Origin: Deltaproteobacteria bacterium
Lineage (GTDB): Bacteria > Desulfobacterota > GWC2-55-46 > JAJCZF01
Length of the DNA: 64,000 bases
Assembly: GCA_029262535.1 (NCBI GenBank)
Contig: JAJCZF010000073.1
Coordinates: 3,870-67,869, forward strand
Direction of reading: 5' to 3'
A program made the position numbers and the translations under genes. The number at the start of each line of letters is the position of its first letter. The stretch's first letter is position 1. Under the pieces are notes generated by a model. That model saw only the letters and a program-made list of their open reading frames with translations. It was not told where the DNA came from and searched no databases. Of this stretch, positions 9,958 to 18,851 are shown one piece after another.

Positions 9958-11278
9958 CGGTTGCCCCGTCCTTTAGATTGAGTTCATTCATGGCTCGCAG
10001 CGACTCGGTATAATCAACCTCTTCGTCTATCCATTGCGTAAGGAAGTTGTTTATGGCCGGAGTAGTGGCGATCGCGTAATCTATCTCCTGATTAGCGCCG
10101 TCTTTATAGGCTCCGATATTGATAAGGTCTTCGTTCTGCTTATGCGTCGCCAGTATGGTCCTGGTCCTCTGGGCGAGCCTTGCGTGCGCCTCCGGTACGA
10201 TATCTATCATACAGCGGCTTGTCGAACCCATTATATCGATAGCCGGGAAGTGGCCCTTACCGGCAAGCTCTCTGGAAAGAACAATATGGCCGTCGAGTAT
10301 GGCCCTTGTCGTATCCGCTATCGGGTCGTTTATGTCGTCGCCCTCTACAAGTACCGTATAGAAGCCCGTTATGGCCCCGGCGCCTTCGCATGTGCCGGAA
10401 CGCTCAAGCAGCTTTGGCAGCATCCCGAAGACCGACGGCGGATATGCCCTCGTCGTCGGCGGCTCGCCTACGGCAAGACCTATCTCGCGTTGAGCCATTG
10501 CAAAACGTGTTAAAGAGTCCATAAGTAGAAGGACCTGTTCGTCCTGATCCATAAAATATTCCGCTATCGTCATGGCGAGAAATGCCCCGCGCACGCGAAG
10601 TAGCGGCGGCTGGTCCGAAGTAACTACTACTACGACCGAGTTCTTCAGCCCCTCTTTAAGGTCTTTATCTAAAAATTCGTTTACCTCGCGCCCTCTTTCG
10701 CCGATAAGCGCGATGACGTTGACATCGGCCGTTGTACTTCTGGCCATCATGCCCATGAGAACACTCTTACCAACGCCGGAGCCCGCGAATATTCCGAGCC
10801 TCTGGCCAGCGCCGACCGTCAGCAGGCCGTTTATGGCCTTTACGCCCACGTCGAGAGGTTTTTCGATCCTGCGTCTAAGTAGCGGGTTCGGGGCCTCGCG
10901 GTAGAGGTCGTAGTCGGCCTCCCTCTTAATCGGGCCGAGTCCGTCGATTGGATTGCCCAGCCCGTCGATAACGCGACCGAGAAACTCCTTGCTGAGACGA
11001 ACCCTCGCCCTGTGGCCGAGCCTCTCAATGCGTGAACCTGGGCCTAAACCGCGTGTATCTCCAAGCGGCATCATCAGGACCTTTCCCTCGGAAAAGCCTA
11101 CGACTTCGCAGACGACCGGCTTGCGGTCGCTCGGGAATACCCGGCATAACTCGCCGATATTCAGACCAACGCCAACGCCTTCGATTACCAAACCTATTAC
11201 TCTGGTAACCTTGCCCTGGACCTTTATCGGGTCTGCCTCGTTAACGGCATTTTTTAAGAGTTCAAGCTTCATTTCCAA
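9938..11278 (-). CDS. fliI: Flagellar export ATPase FliI
   Basis: Walker A FAGSGVGKS, LIGERGREV, DSLTRFAMAQREIGL. Confidence 0.97.
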   Translation of the reverse strand: MEMKLELLKNAVNEADPIKVQGKVTRVIGLVIEGVGVGLNIGELCRVFPSDRKPVVCEVVGFSEGKVLMMPLGDTRGLGPGSRIERLGHRARVRLSKEFLGRVIDGLGNPIDGLGPIKREADYDLYREAPNPLLRRRIEKPLDVGVKAINGLLTVGAGQRLGIFAGSGVGKSVLMGMMARSTTADVNVIALIGERGREVNEFLDKDLKEGLKNSVVVVVTSDQPPLLRVRGAFLAMTIAEYFMDQDEQVLLLMDSLTRFAMAQREIGLAVGEPPTTRAYPPSVFGMLPKLLERSGTCEGAGAITGFYTVLVEGDDINDPIADTTRAILDGHIVLSRELAGKGHFPAIDIMGSTSRCMIDIVPEAHARLAQRTRTILATHKQNEDLINIGAYKDGANQEIDYAIATTPAINNFLTQWIDEEVDYTESLRAMNELNLKDGATGETIQI

Positions 11279-11975
11279 CAGACTCCATCATTGTCTTCTC
11301 TATGGCCTTTAGTGATTTCTTTAGATTCACATGGACCTCGGCTTTATTATTCTCGATATTACAGCCGCCTCGGTCGAGCTCTTCGTTTGTTCTTAATTTA
11401 ATGCCCCTCGTCGTCTGCAGCTCTTCGACAAATTCAGGCCTGTGGAGCCTCAAGTGCTCAAGGTCCGAGGGATTTAGTTCTACCAGGAGGCACTCGGTCT
11501 CAACTATCGCCTCAATCGCCGAGTTCAGTACGTTATATATGACGTCGCGGTTCGTTTCCAGTTCGGCGCATACGACCCTTTCGGCAACGGAGCTTACGAT
11601 ATCGACAATCTCCGTCTCCTGCTCTTTATAGTAGTTGGCCTTATATGTCACAAGTTCTTCTATCATTGTCGAAAGCCTGCCCGTAAGTACGTCGATCGTT
11701 TCGGCTGCTGAACCAAGCCCCGCCTCTTCTCCCGCCCTAAAACCCTTTTCGTATGCCTCGCGCTCTATCGTTTCAAGCTTCGAGTGGTGTGTCTCGTCCT
11801 CAGTGCGTATCTGCTCCTGAAGCTCTTTTAATGCATCCTCTTCACGCTCTTTCTCTTCTTGAAGCTTCTTTAGACCCCGTAACATCTGATCCGAGAGCAC
11901 GGGTTTCATCTTCATCGCCTTTACGGACTTTATATTGTCCTTCTTATATACATTCGATTTAGACGAGAGCATCAT
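11262..11975 (-). CDS. fliH: Flagellar assembly protein FliH
   Basis: AYEKGFRAGEEAG GxxxG repeats, LNPSD, GGC; lies between fliG and fliI. Confidence 0.9.
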   Translation of the reverse strand: MMLSSKSNVYKKDNIKSVKAMKMKPVLSDQMLRGLKKLQEEKEREEDALKELQEQIRTEDETHHSKLETIEREAYEKGFRAGEEAGLGSAAETIDVLTGRLSTMIEELVTYKANYYKEQETEIVDIVSSVAERVVCAELETNRDVIYNVLNSAIEAIVETECLLVELNPSDLEHLRLHRPEFVEELQTTRGIKLRTNEELDRGGCNIENNKAEVHVNLKKSLKAIEKTMMESVGNEA

Positions 11976-12960
11976 CGGCTCCGTCTCCTACGGCCATGAC
12001 CTCGCCTTCGCTCATGAGCCTTCTTACGATCCTTACTATCTCAAGCTGCGCGTTGTTGACCTCCGAGAGCTTTACCGGTCCTCTCGTCTCCATGTCGTCG
12101 GTGAGCATCTCTCTTGCGCGTTCGCTCATATTCGAGAGGAACTTGTCGGAGAGATCTTCCTCAGCCGTCTTGAGTGCGAGGATGAGCTGATCGTTGGTGA
12201 TATCCTTGAGTATGCGCTGTATGCCTCTGTCGTCTACCTTGCCGATATCGACGAAGGTGAACATATTTTCCTGTATCTCGTTTGCCAGTTCCGCGTTCTT
12301 GCCCTCTATGGTAGAGAGTATCTCCGTCTCGGTCTGGCGATCTATCTGGTTAAGTATCTCCGCCGCCGCCTTTACGCCGCCAAGGGCCGTCGTCTGCGTG
12401 CCGATCGTTCCGGCGAGGTTCTGGCTAATAGCTTCTTCAAGCTCGTCGAGCGCGCCGGGGGCAAGGGTCTCCATCGTGGCTATCCTTGTAACGACATCGA
12501 CCCTCGTCCTGGGGTCGAAGAATGTCAGTATCTGCGCCGACTGGTCCGGCCCGAGGTTGGACATAATAACGGCTATGGTCTGCGGGTGTTCGTTCTTTAT
12601 AAAATCGGCGACTACACGCGAGTTCATCTGCTTAAGCGACTCTATGCCGCCCTGGTCGGACCTTCTGCCGATACGCTTGAGTATCTCGGCGGCCTTTTCA
12701 GGGCCGAGCGCCTTGAGGATAACCGACTTTATATAGTCGTCCACATCGACAGGGACATTTTCGAGAAGGGCCTCTTTTTCAAACTCTTCGGCTACCAACT
12801 CAAAGACTTCCTTTGAGGCGTCCACGACCTCGCCCATCTTTCTTCCGACGGCCTGTATATCTCCGGGGTCAAAATATTTTATGACCTCGGCCGCGGCTTC
12901 CTCGCCTATATAAGCCATAAAGATGGCTGCCTTTTCAGGTCCTTTGATCTCTTTTTCCAT
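11959..12960 (-). CDS. fliG: Flagellar motor switch protein FliG
   Basis: KAAIF, EHPQTIA, GGVKAAAEILN, MFTFVD, NMSERA. Confidence 0.97.
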   Translation of the reverse strand: MEKEIKGPEKAAIFMAYIGEEAAAEVIKYFDPGDIQAVGRKMGEVVDASKEVFELVAEEFEKEALLENVPVDVDDYIKSVILKALGPEKAAEILKRIGRRSDQGGIESLKQMNSRVVADFIKNEHPQTIAVIMSNLGPDQSAQILTFFDPRTRVDVVTRIATMETLAPGALDELEEAISQNLAGTIGTQTTALGGVKAAAEILNQIDRQTETEILSTIEGKNAELANEIQENMFTFVDIGKVDDRGIQRILKDITNDQLILALKTAEEDLSDKFLSNMSERAREMLTDDMETRGPVKLSEVNNAQLEIVRIVRRLMSEGEVMAVGDGADDALV

Positions 12961-14591
12961 TACATTAAGTCATCCCCTGACACCGGACCTTTGTCCTTAA
13001 GCCAGTTTTTGAGTATTGCAGACGATTGCTGCGGGTTAGCCATTACCATGGCCCTGATGCTCTTCTTCCTTCTCGCCTCCGGCGTCATGGGTCTGGAAAG
13101 GTCCTCTTCCTCTTCGCCTTCCATCTCCATAGCCATCTCCATCGCCTCAAGCTCTTCCGCGCTGATGGGCACACCGTCGGGCGTTACCATGATCTCGGTC
13201 GGAGGCGGAGGTGTCAGTAACTTCTTCATCGTCGGGCGGACAAAGAGCAGAAGTATCAGCAAGGCTATCAGCACTATTGAGCCGTACTTGATCATCATCG
13301 CAAGGTACTGATCGAGGAAGCTCAGTTCAATCTCTGCGAAATCCACGGTCTCCATCTCGCCAAAGCGTATATTTACGACCTCTACGGTGTCGCCGCGCGA
13401 ATCTACGATGCCTACCGCGCCCTTTACAAGATCCTTGAACTTCAAGATATCTTCATCGCTACGCGCTTCATAGTCGCGCGTTTCATTGCCCTCTTCGTCC
13501 TTATTATTTATATATGAACCGTCGACCAGTACGGCGACGCTAAGCCGTTTTATCACGCCGGTCGGGGCTATCTTCTTGCTTATGATCTTGCTTATCTCGT
13601 AGTTAATGGTCTCTTTCTGTTTTTCACTTCCGGAAGTAGCCGACCCGCCGCCGGGAATTTGCTCTCCGGGTACGTTCGAGACCACTCCGGGTACGCCGCC
13701 GAATGCGCCGCCGGTGGACTTTTCCTTGCTCGACTGCTCGCTCCTGACCACTGCGCCGTCGGGATCGAACTTCTCTTCGGTCATTTCAAGCTTGGTAAAG
13801 TCTACTTCAGCCGATACACGCGCTATGACCTTGCCGATGCCGAGGACCGGCTCAAGTATATATTCAACCCTCTTTACGAGGGCCTTTTCTACATTCGTCT
13901 GGTATTCAAACTGGGTGGCGGTAAGTACCGATGTACTCTCTTCGTCCTCGTCGCGGCTGAGCAGGTTGCCCATAACGTCAACTACCGTTACATTTGCCGT
14001 CTCAAGGCCGTCGATAGAGGCCGAGACCAGGTTAACGACACCCTTTACCTGCGCCCGAGTGAGCGTCCTGCCCTTGACTAACTTAAGTACTACGGATGCG
14101 CGCGCCAGATCGCCGCGTTTTGCAAAGAGTCTTTTTTCAGGGGTGACGATGTGAACGCGCGCGCTCTCGACCTCGTTAAGAGAGCTTATGGTGCGCGAAA
14201 GTTCGCCCTGAAGGGCGCGTTGATAGTTGACCTTCTGAACAAACTCGGTTACGCCGAAACCGGTACGGTCGAATATCTCAAAGCCTACGCCTCCGCCCTT
14301 TACAAGGCCGGCGCCGGCGACATCCATTCTCGCCTCGTAGAGCGCGTCTACCGGTACGGAGATCGCGCCTCTGTCGTCGAGTTGATAGGGTACGTTGGTA
14401 TCTTTTAAGCGTTCGACGATGAGAGCCGCGTCTTCCTGCGTAAGATCTTTATAGAGGACCTTGTACTCGGTCTGCATAGACCAGAGTAAGGCTACTATCG
14501 CAACGCTAAGGACTATGGCTGTGATGCCGCCCATGGCGACCTTTTGGGCCATTGTCCTTTCTTTTAACCAGTCGAGTATTTTATTTGGCAT
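12960..14591 (-). CDS. fliF: Flagellar MS-ring protein FliF
   Basis: GFEIFD..FGVTEFVQKVNYQRALQGELSRTI, ASVVL, two TM segments. Confidence 0.97.
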   Translation of the reverse strand: MPNKILDWLKERTMAQKVAMGGITAIVLSVAIVALLWSMQTEYKVLYKDLTQEDAALIVERLKDTNVPYQLDDRGAISVPVDALYEARMDVAGAGLVKGGGVGFEIFDRTGFGVTEFVQKVNYQRALQGELSRTISSLNEVESARVHIVTPEKRLFAKRGDLARASVVLKLVKGRTLTRAQVKGVVNLVSASIDGLETANVTVVDVMGNLLSRDEDEESTSVLTATQFEYQTNVEKALVKRVEYILEPVLGIGKVIARVSAEVDFTKLEMTEEKFDPDGAVVRSEQSSKEKSTGGAFGGVPGVVSNVPGEQIPGGGSATSGSEKQKETINYEISKIISKKIAPTGVIKRLSVAVLVDGSYINNKDEEGNETRDYEARSDEDILKFKDLVKGAVGIVDSRGDTVEVVNIRFGEMETVDFAEIELSFLDQYLAMMIKYGSIVLIALLILLLFVRPTMKKLLTPPPPTEIMVTPDGVPISAEELEAMEMAMEMEGEEEEDLSRPMTPEARRKKSIRAMVMANPQQSSAILKNWLKDKGPVSGDDLM

Positions 14592-14595
14592 CTTA

Positions 14596-14895
14596 TTATA
14601 CCTGCGTTCTCATTACTTCTTCGTAAGCGGAAACAATCTTATTCCTGACCTGAACCATAAGCTGAAAAGATACTCCTGCCTTTTCAATGGCTATCATCGT
14701 CTCGTGCAAAGAGGCCTCGCCCTCGGCAAGTTTTTCGACCGACTTGCCGGCGTCTTTCTGGGCCGTATTGACCTTATTGATCGTATCTTTTAGAAGCTTT
14801 GAAAAGTCTACCTTCTCTCCACCAGGTTTTTCACCGCCCGGCGGGGTTACTCCCGGCAGCCCGGCGCCGCCTAATCCTTTTATATTATCGATCAT
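14596..14895 (-). CDS. fliE: Flagellar hook-basal body protein FliE
   Basis: LHETMIAIEKA..FQLMVQVRNKIVSAYEEVMR. Confidence 0.96.
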   Translation of the reverse strand: MIDNIKGLGGAGLPGVTPPGGEKPGGEKVDFSKLLKDTINKVNTAQKDAGKSVEKLAEGEASLHETMIAIEKAGVSFQLMVQVRNKIVSAYEEVMRTQV

Positions 14896-14900
14896 CTTAA

Positions 14901-15320
14901 TTATCTCCCGAGATCCAGCGCTTTCATCTTCATATCTTTTGCGCTCTTAAAGGCCGTTACATTGGCCTCGTATGCGCGCATCGCGCTTATCATATTTACC
15001 ATCTCTTCAACGACATTCACATTAGGAAGCGTCAGGTAACCCTCTTCGTTAGAGTCGGGATGGCCCGGCTCATATACGACCTTCATCGGCCTTGGGTCTT
15101 CTATTATTCCATTAACCATTACCGGGACATTCGCCTCGGCGCCGGGAGTAAGCATATCCTTAAAGTTCGGGGCGGCGGCAAAGAGAACGTCGCGTCTTTT
15201 GTAGGCTTCTCCGTTCGGTCCGCGTGTCGTATTAACGTTGGCGATATTACTCGATATCGTATTGAGCCTTACTCTTTGGGCGGCCATTCCGGAAGCCGCA
15301 ACATCAAAATCCTTAAACAT
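14901..15320 (-). CDS. flgC: Flagellar basal-body rod protein FlgC
   Basis: ASGMAAQRVRLNTISSNIAN, YEPGHPD, PNVNVVEEMVNMISA.RAYEAN. Confidence 0.97.
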   Translation of the reverse strand: MFKDFDVAASGMAAQRVRLNTISSNIANVNTTRGPNGEAYKRRDVLFAAAPNFKDMLTPGAEANVPVMVNGIIEDPRPMKVVYEPGHPDSNEEGYLTLPNVNVVEEMVNMISAMRAYEANVTAFKSAKDMKMKALDLGR

Positions 15321-15322
15321 AA

Positions 15323-15727
15323 TTACCTCGTATCGTTAATGGCAGACTTAAGGCCAGCGAACTTTTTGGCCAGTATGGTCAGTGCCGTATCGTTCCAGAC
15401 CGAGTTCTGGCTCATCTTTACCATCTCTTTTTCGAGATTTACGGTATTTCCGTCGAGCCCCTCGCCGTCACCGAGCGTGTAGTTCACCTTGGGGGCGGTC
15501 TTAGCGCTGATATCGGTCGGCAGATGCGCTGCATGGGTCTTGTTCAGTTTGAGGCTGTCTTTGCTGATCTGCATGGTAAGTTCGCGCTGGAAGTCGATGT
15601 CCATGGACTTATAACCGGGAGTCTCCTCGTTGGCTATATTGGAACTTATAAGCTTGTGCCTCGTATTCGTAAGGTCAAGCGTTCTTTCCATTAAAGGCAT
15701 CGTGCCGCCGAACAACCCATTACCCAT
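15323..15727 (-). CDS. flgB: Flagellar basal-body rod protein FlgB
   Basis: RHKLISSNIANEETPGYK, DGNTVNLEKEM. Confidence 0.96.
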   Translation of the reverse strand: MGNGLFGGTMPLMERTLDLTNTRHKLISSNIANEETPGYKSMDIDFQRELTMQISKDSLKLNKTHAAHLPTDISAKTAPKVNYTLGDGEGLDGNTVNLEKEMVKMSQNSVWNDTALTILAKKFAGLKSAINDTR

Positions 15728-15792
15728 CTTGCTAAATCCTCGCTTCTAAAAGTTTATATCGTTTAAATAAAGTTTCTGTCGCTATATGTAAA

Positions 15793-15808
15793 TGCAATAG
15801 GTGTGCCA
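15793..15808 (-). promoter_or_regulatory. Sigma54 -24/-12 promoter for flgB operon
   Basis: Minus strand TGGCAC-ACCTA-TTGCA, a perfect consensus about 65 bp upstream of flgB. Confidence 0.9.
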
Positions 15809-15923
15809 AAGTTTTCGAGGGGTTTGGAAAGTGAATTAAAGAAGTATCATTATGGATAAAAACAGTATGTTTTTCAAATAGTTTCATGACAATAAATATC
15901 TCGCTAAACCGGCATTGCGGAGA

Positions 15924-15958
15924 GTCGAAGATAGGACATCCGCTGTCAAAAATCTGTC
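15924..15958. promoter_or_regulatory. Putative FleQ/FlrA-type enhancer boxes
   Basis: GTC-gaagatag-GAC (15924-15937) and near match GTC-aaaaatct-GTC (15945-15958), about 115-150 bp upstream of the sigma54 site. Confidence 0.5.
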
Positions 15959-15976
15959 TCAATAAGGAAAAAAGCG

Positions 15977-17287
15977 TCAGGCTTCGGCATCTTTTTCCTC
16001 CACTTCATACTCTTTCAGCTTATTTCTTAAGGTTCTTGCGCTTATGCCAAGGCTCTCGGAGGCGCGCGATCTGTTGCCGTCGGCCTCGTCTATGGCCTTG
16101 TAGATCATCTCGCGTTCCATATCCCTAAGTGTCTTTATGGTCGTTGACGGCGCGCTCGGCTCCGGGTCGCCGTAATAGAGATTATCGAGCGTTATCTCTT
16201 CACCGGACGAAAGAAGCACGGCGCGCTCCATCACATTCAAAAGTTCGCGTATATTGCCCTGCCAGGGGTTTCTCTTGAGAGAGGCCGTGGCGTCGGCGCT
16301 TATGGCGCTTGCCTTCTTTGCATACCTTTCACTAAATATCTTCAAAAAATGTTCGCTAAGCAGCTCTATCTCTCCCTGACGTTCGCGTAGCGGCGGCAGG
16401 GCGAAGGGAAATACATTAAGGCGATAAAAGAGGTCTTCTCTAAAGCGTTTCTCTCTGACCTCATGGCGCAGATCCCTGTTGGTCGTTGCGATTATGCGTA
16501 TATCGACCGGCACGGGCTTTTTGCCGCCTACGCGGTCTATCTCTTTCTCCTGAAGGACTCGAAGAAGCTTGGCCTGAAGCAGGATGCCCATCTCGCCGAC
16601 CTCGTCGAGCAGCAACGTGCCACCGTCGGACTGTTCGAACTTTCCTATGCGGCGTTCAAGAGCGCCCGTAAAAGAGCCCTTTTCGTGGCCGAATAGTTCG
16701 CTCTCTAAGAGCCCCTCCGGTATGGAGGCGCAGTTTACCGATACAAAGGGCTTATCGGAACGGTCGCTTGAGTTATGTATATAACGGGCGAGCATCTCCT
16801 TGCCGGTGCCGGACTCGCCCGTTATGAGGACCGTTGCCGTCGTAGCGGCAATAGACTTTGCGATAGAGAGTATTTCGAGCATCTTTGCGCTCTTTGCGAT
16901 TATGCCGCCCTCTAACTCGCTATGCTCCGGCGCGAGCGCCTTTGTTACGGCGCGTTCTATGACCTCGGTTGAGAAGGGTTTTAAGATATAATCGGAGGCC
17001 CCTTCCTTCATCGCCTCTATCGCGGACTCAATGGTGCCGTAGGCCGTCATCATGACTACAGGCATCTCCGGTTTTAGAACCTTGATTGAGCGCAGTAGTT
17101 CAACCCCGGTCATGCCTGGCATCTTCACGTCGCTTATTACGGCGTTAAAGTCGCCGCCCTTTAATAAAGATAGTGCGGCTATGCCGTCCGACGCCGTCTC
17201 GACCTCGTAGCCCTTACGTTTAAGGGCCGCGTCGAGCGCCTTTCGCATCTGGGCTTCGTCGTCTACTACTAAAAGTCTCTTTTGCAA
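15977..17287 (-). CDS. Sigma54-dependent response regulator (FleR/FlrC-like NtrC family)
   Basis: Receiver (VVDDE, SDVKMP, KPF), AAA+ GESGTGKE, GSFTGA variant of GAFTGA, C-terminal HTH. Confidence 0.92.
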   Translation of the reverse strand: MQKRLLVVDDEAQMRKALDAALKRKGYEVETASDGIAALSLLKGGDFNAVISDVKMPGMTGVELLRSIKVLKPEMPVVMMTAYGTIESAIEAMKEGASDYILKPFSTEVIERAVTKALAPEHSELEGGIIAKSAKMLEILSIAKSIAATTATVLITGESGTGKEMLARYIHNSSDRSDKPFVSVNCASIPEGLLESELFGHEKGSFTGALERRIGKFEQSDGGTLLLDEVGEMGILLQAKLLRVLQEKEIDRVGGKKPVPVDIRIIATTNRDLRHEVREKRFREDLFYRLNVFPFALPPLRERQGEIELLSEHFLKIFSERYAKKASAISADATASLKRNPWQGNIRELLNVMERAVLLSSGEEITLDNLYYGDPEPSAPSTTIKTLRDMEREMIYKAIDEADGNRSRASESLGISARTLRNKLKEYEVEEKDAEA

Positions 17288-17354
17288 TTTATAGAATCCT
17301 CTTGGAGGCCGTTATAGGCCCGTGCGTTTAATTTGCTATACCTAACTATCCATA

Positions 17355-17650
17355 ACCTGAGATTCTTTGCAATGCTCAGAATGACAAACGCGGATGAGAA
17401 ACTAGCAAAGGCTCAATAACCAAGTCCGCGAAATAATGGCACACCTGTGTGCTTCGCTACGCTCAGAATGACAGACGCGGGCATAGGACTTATAAGTATT
17501 AAAAACCAAGTCCGCAAAATAAAACCACACTTGTGTGGCGCGAAATAAAACCACACCTGTGTGGCACTACGTTCAGAATGACAGGCGCGGATGAGAAACG
17601 AACAAAAGCTCAATAACCAAGTCCGCGAAATAAGACCACACTAGTGTGGG
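17355..17650. repeat. Three tandem mosaic repeat units: REP-like CTCAGAATGACA segment plus the dispersed CGCG/CACAC element
   Basis: TCAGAATGACA at ~17376, ~17463 and ~17574, each followed by CGCGG...AACCAAGTCCGC(G/A)AAAT and SCACACnnGTGTGS hairpins. Confidence 0.85.
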
Positions 17651-17654
17651 TGTG

Positions 17655-18851
17655 CTAGAGTTCGCGTGGCAGGGTTACGGTAAAGGCCGTGCCGCTCTTT
17701 GCGTCGCTCTCTACATCCACAAAACCGCCGTGCGACTTTACAATGCTATTTACTACAGTAAGGCCAAGCCCCGTGCCCTTTGCCTTGGAGGTATAAAAGG
17801 GATCAAAGACCTTGTCGATATTATCGGGCTCAATGCCCGCGCCGTTATCGCTTACAACGAGCATTAAGGAGTCCTTGGGGCCGTCGTCTCCGTCATCTCC
17901 ATGGGCTACGCGAAGGCGCACTCGCGCGTCCTCCCTGCCGGAGGCCGCGTCGATTCCGTTTATAATGAGATTTACGAGCACCTGGCGTATCAGCTCGCGG
18001 TCGATTTCGGCGACCTCGCCCGGCGCGCCGTTCTCCATCTCAATGGCTACTCCACGGCTGGATGCGATATGTTCAACCACGCCGCGCAGGTCGCCGATCA
18101 GGTCCTCGGTATCGACCAGCGTCTTACGTGTCGTAGATGTATTTGCGAATAATAACATATTTGAAAGAGTATTATTTAGTGAGCGAACAGACTGTATAAT
18201 ATCTTGCGCATGCGCGCGGTTGTCGGCGTCGGCCTTAAGCTCGTCGTTTAATATCGAAGCGAAGAGTTCAATCGAACCTAGCGGATTTCTTATCTGATGG
18301 GCTATCGAAGCAGCCATCTCGCCCATTGCCATAAGCCTCCGGTCGCGGCGCGCGTTCTCTTCGAGCCTCTTTATATCGGAGACATCCTTAATGACGATAA
18401 GCCTGCCGCTATCAGCTCCCTGAAGATCGCTCAGCACCGTCGCGGTGACGGTAAGCGTCTTTTTCTTTTTGCCCTTTAATAGAGACTCGGCCTCTGGCGC
18501 GCCGCCGGGCGAAAGCACGCCAAGGGCGACCTCCGCAGAGAGACCGGACGATACCAGAAACTCGGAGAGTCCCCTGCCCTTTACCTCGCCTCCCGTAACG
18601 TCGAATATGGAGTAGGCAGGGTTATTCATCGACCTTATGATACCGTCCGTATCTGTAACTATAACGCCGACAGGCAGCCCTTCAAGCACGGAGGTCAGGA
18701 AGTTATTCTTCTCGGCAAGCTCAATGTCGAGCTCTTCGACCCGTAGTTCGAGATCATTATATGAACCCTCTAAAGTGGCGGAGGCCTCTTTAAATGTTTC
18801 AAAGGCGTCCATCAGAAGGTTTATTTCATTTATGTCCGGGCCGCGTCCCAT
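17655..18851 (-). CDS. PAS-domain sensor histidine kinase (FleS/FlrB-like)
   Basis: PAS (LEGLPVGVIVTD..G.I), H-box GEMAASIAHQIRNPL, N-box NLIING, DNGAGI, GTGLGL; no TM. Confidence 0.92.
   Translation of the reverse strand: MGRGPDINEINLLMDAFETFKEASATLEGSYNDLELRVEELDIELAEKNNFLTSVLEGLPVGVIVTDTDGIIRSMNNPAYSIFDVTGGEVKGRGLSEFLVSSGLSAEVALGVLSPGGAPEAESLLKGKKKKTLTVTATVLSDLQGADSGRLIVIKDVSDIKRLEENARRDRRLMAMGEMAASIAHQIRNPLGSIELFASILNDELKADADNRAHAQDIIQSVRSLNNTLSNMLLFANTSTTRKTLVDTEDLIGDLRGVVEHIASSRGVAIEMENGAPGEVAEIDRELIRQVLVNLIINGIDAASGREDARVRLRVAHGDDGDDGPKDSLMLVVSDNGAGIEPDNIDKVFDPFYTSKAKGTGLGLTVVNSIVKSHGGFVDVESDAKSGTAFTVTLPREL

Noticed and set aside
11935-12816. 293-aa plus-strand ORF and similar antisense ORFs (e.g. 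36185-37021, 3162-3770)
   Set aside because: They overlap well-supported genes on the opposite strand and show no recognisable motifs.
290-15727. Non-flagellar type III injectisome
   Set aside because: Rod, hook, hook-cap, FliG/M/N and FliL genes show that it is flagellar.
17355-17650. CRISPR array
   Set aside because: Units are degenerate and of unequal length, two cores are near-identical, the same motif is dispersed across the window, and no cas genes are present.
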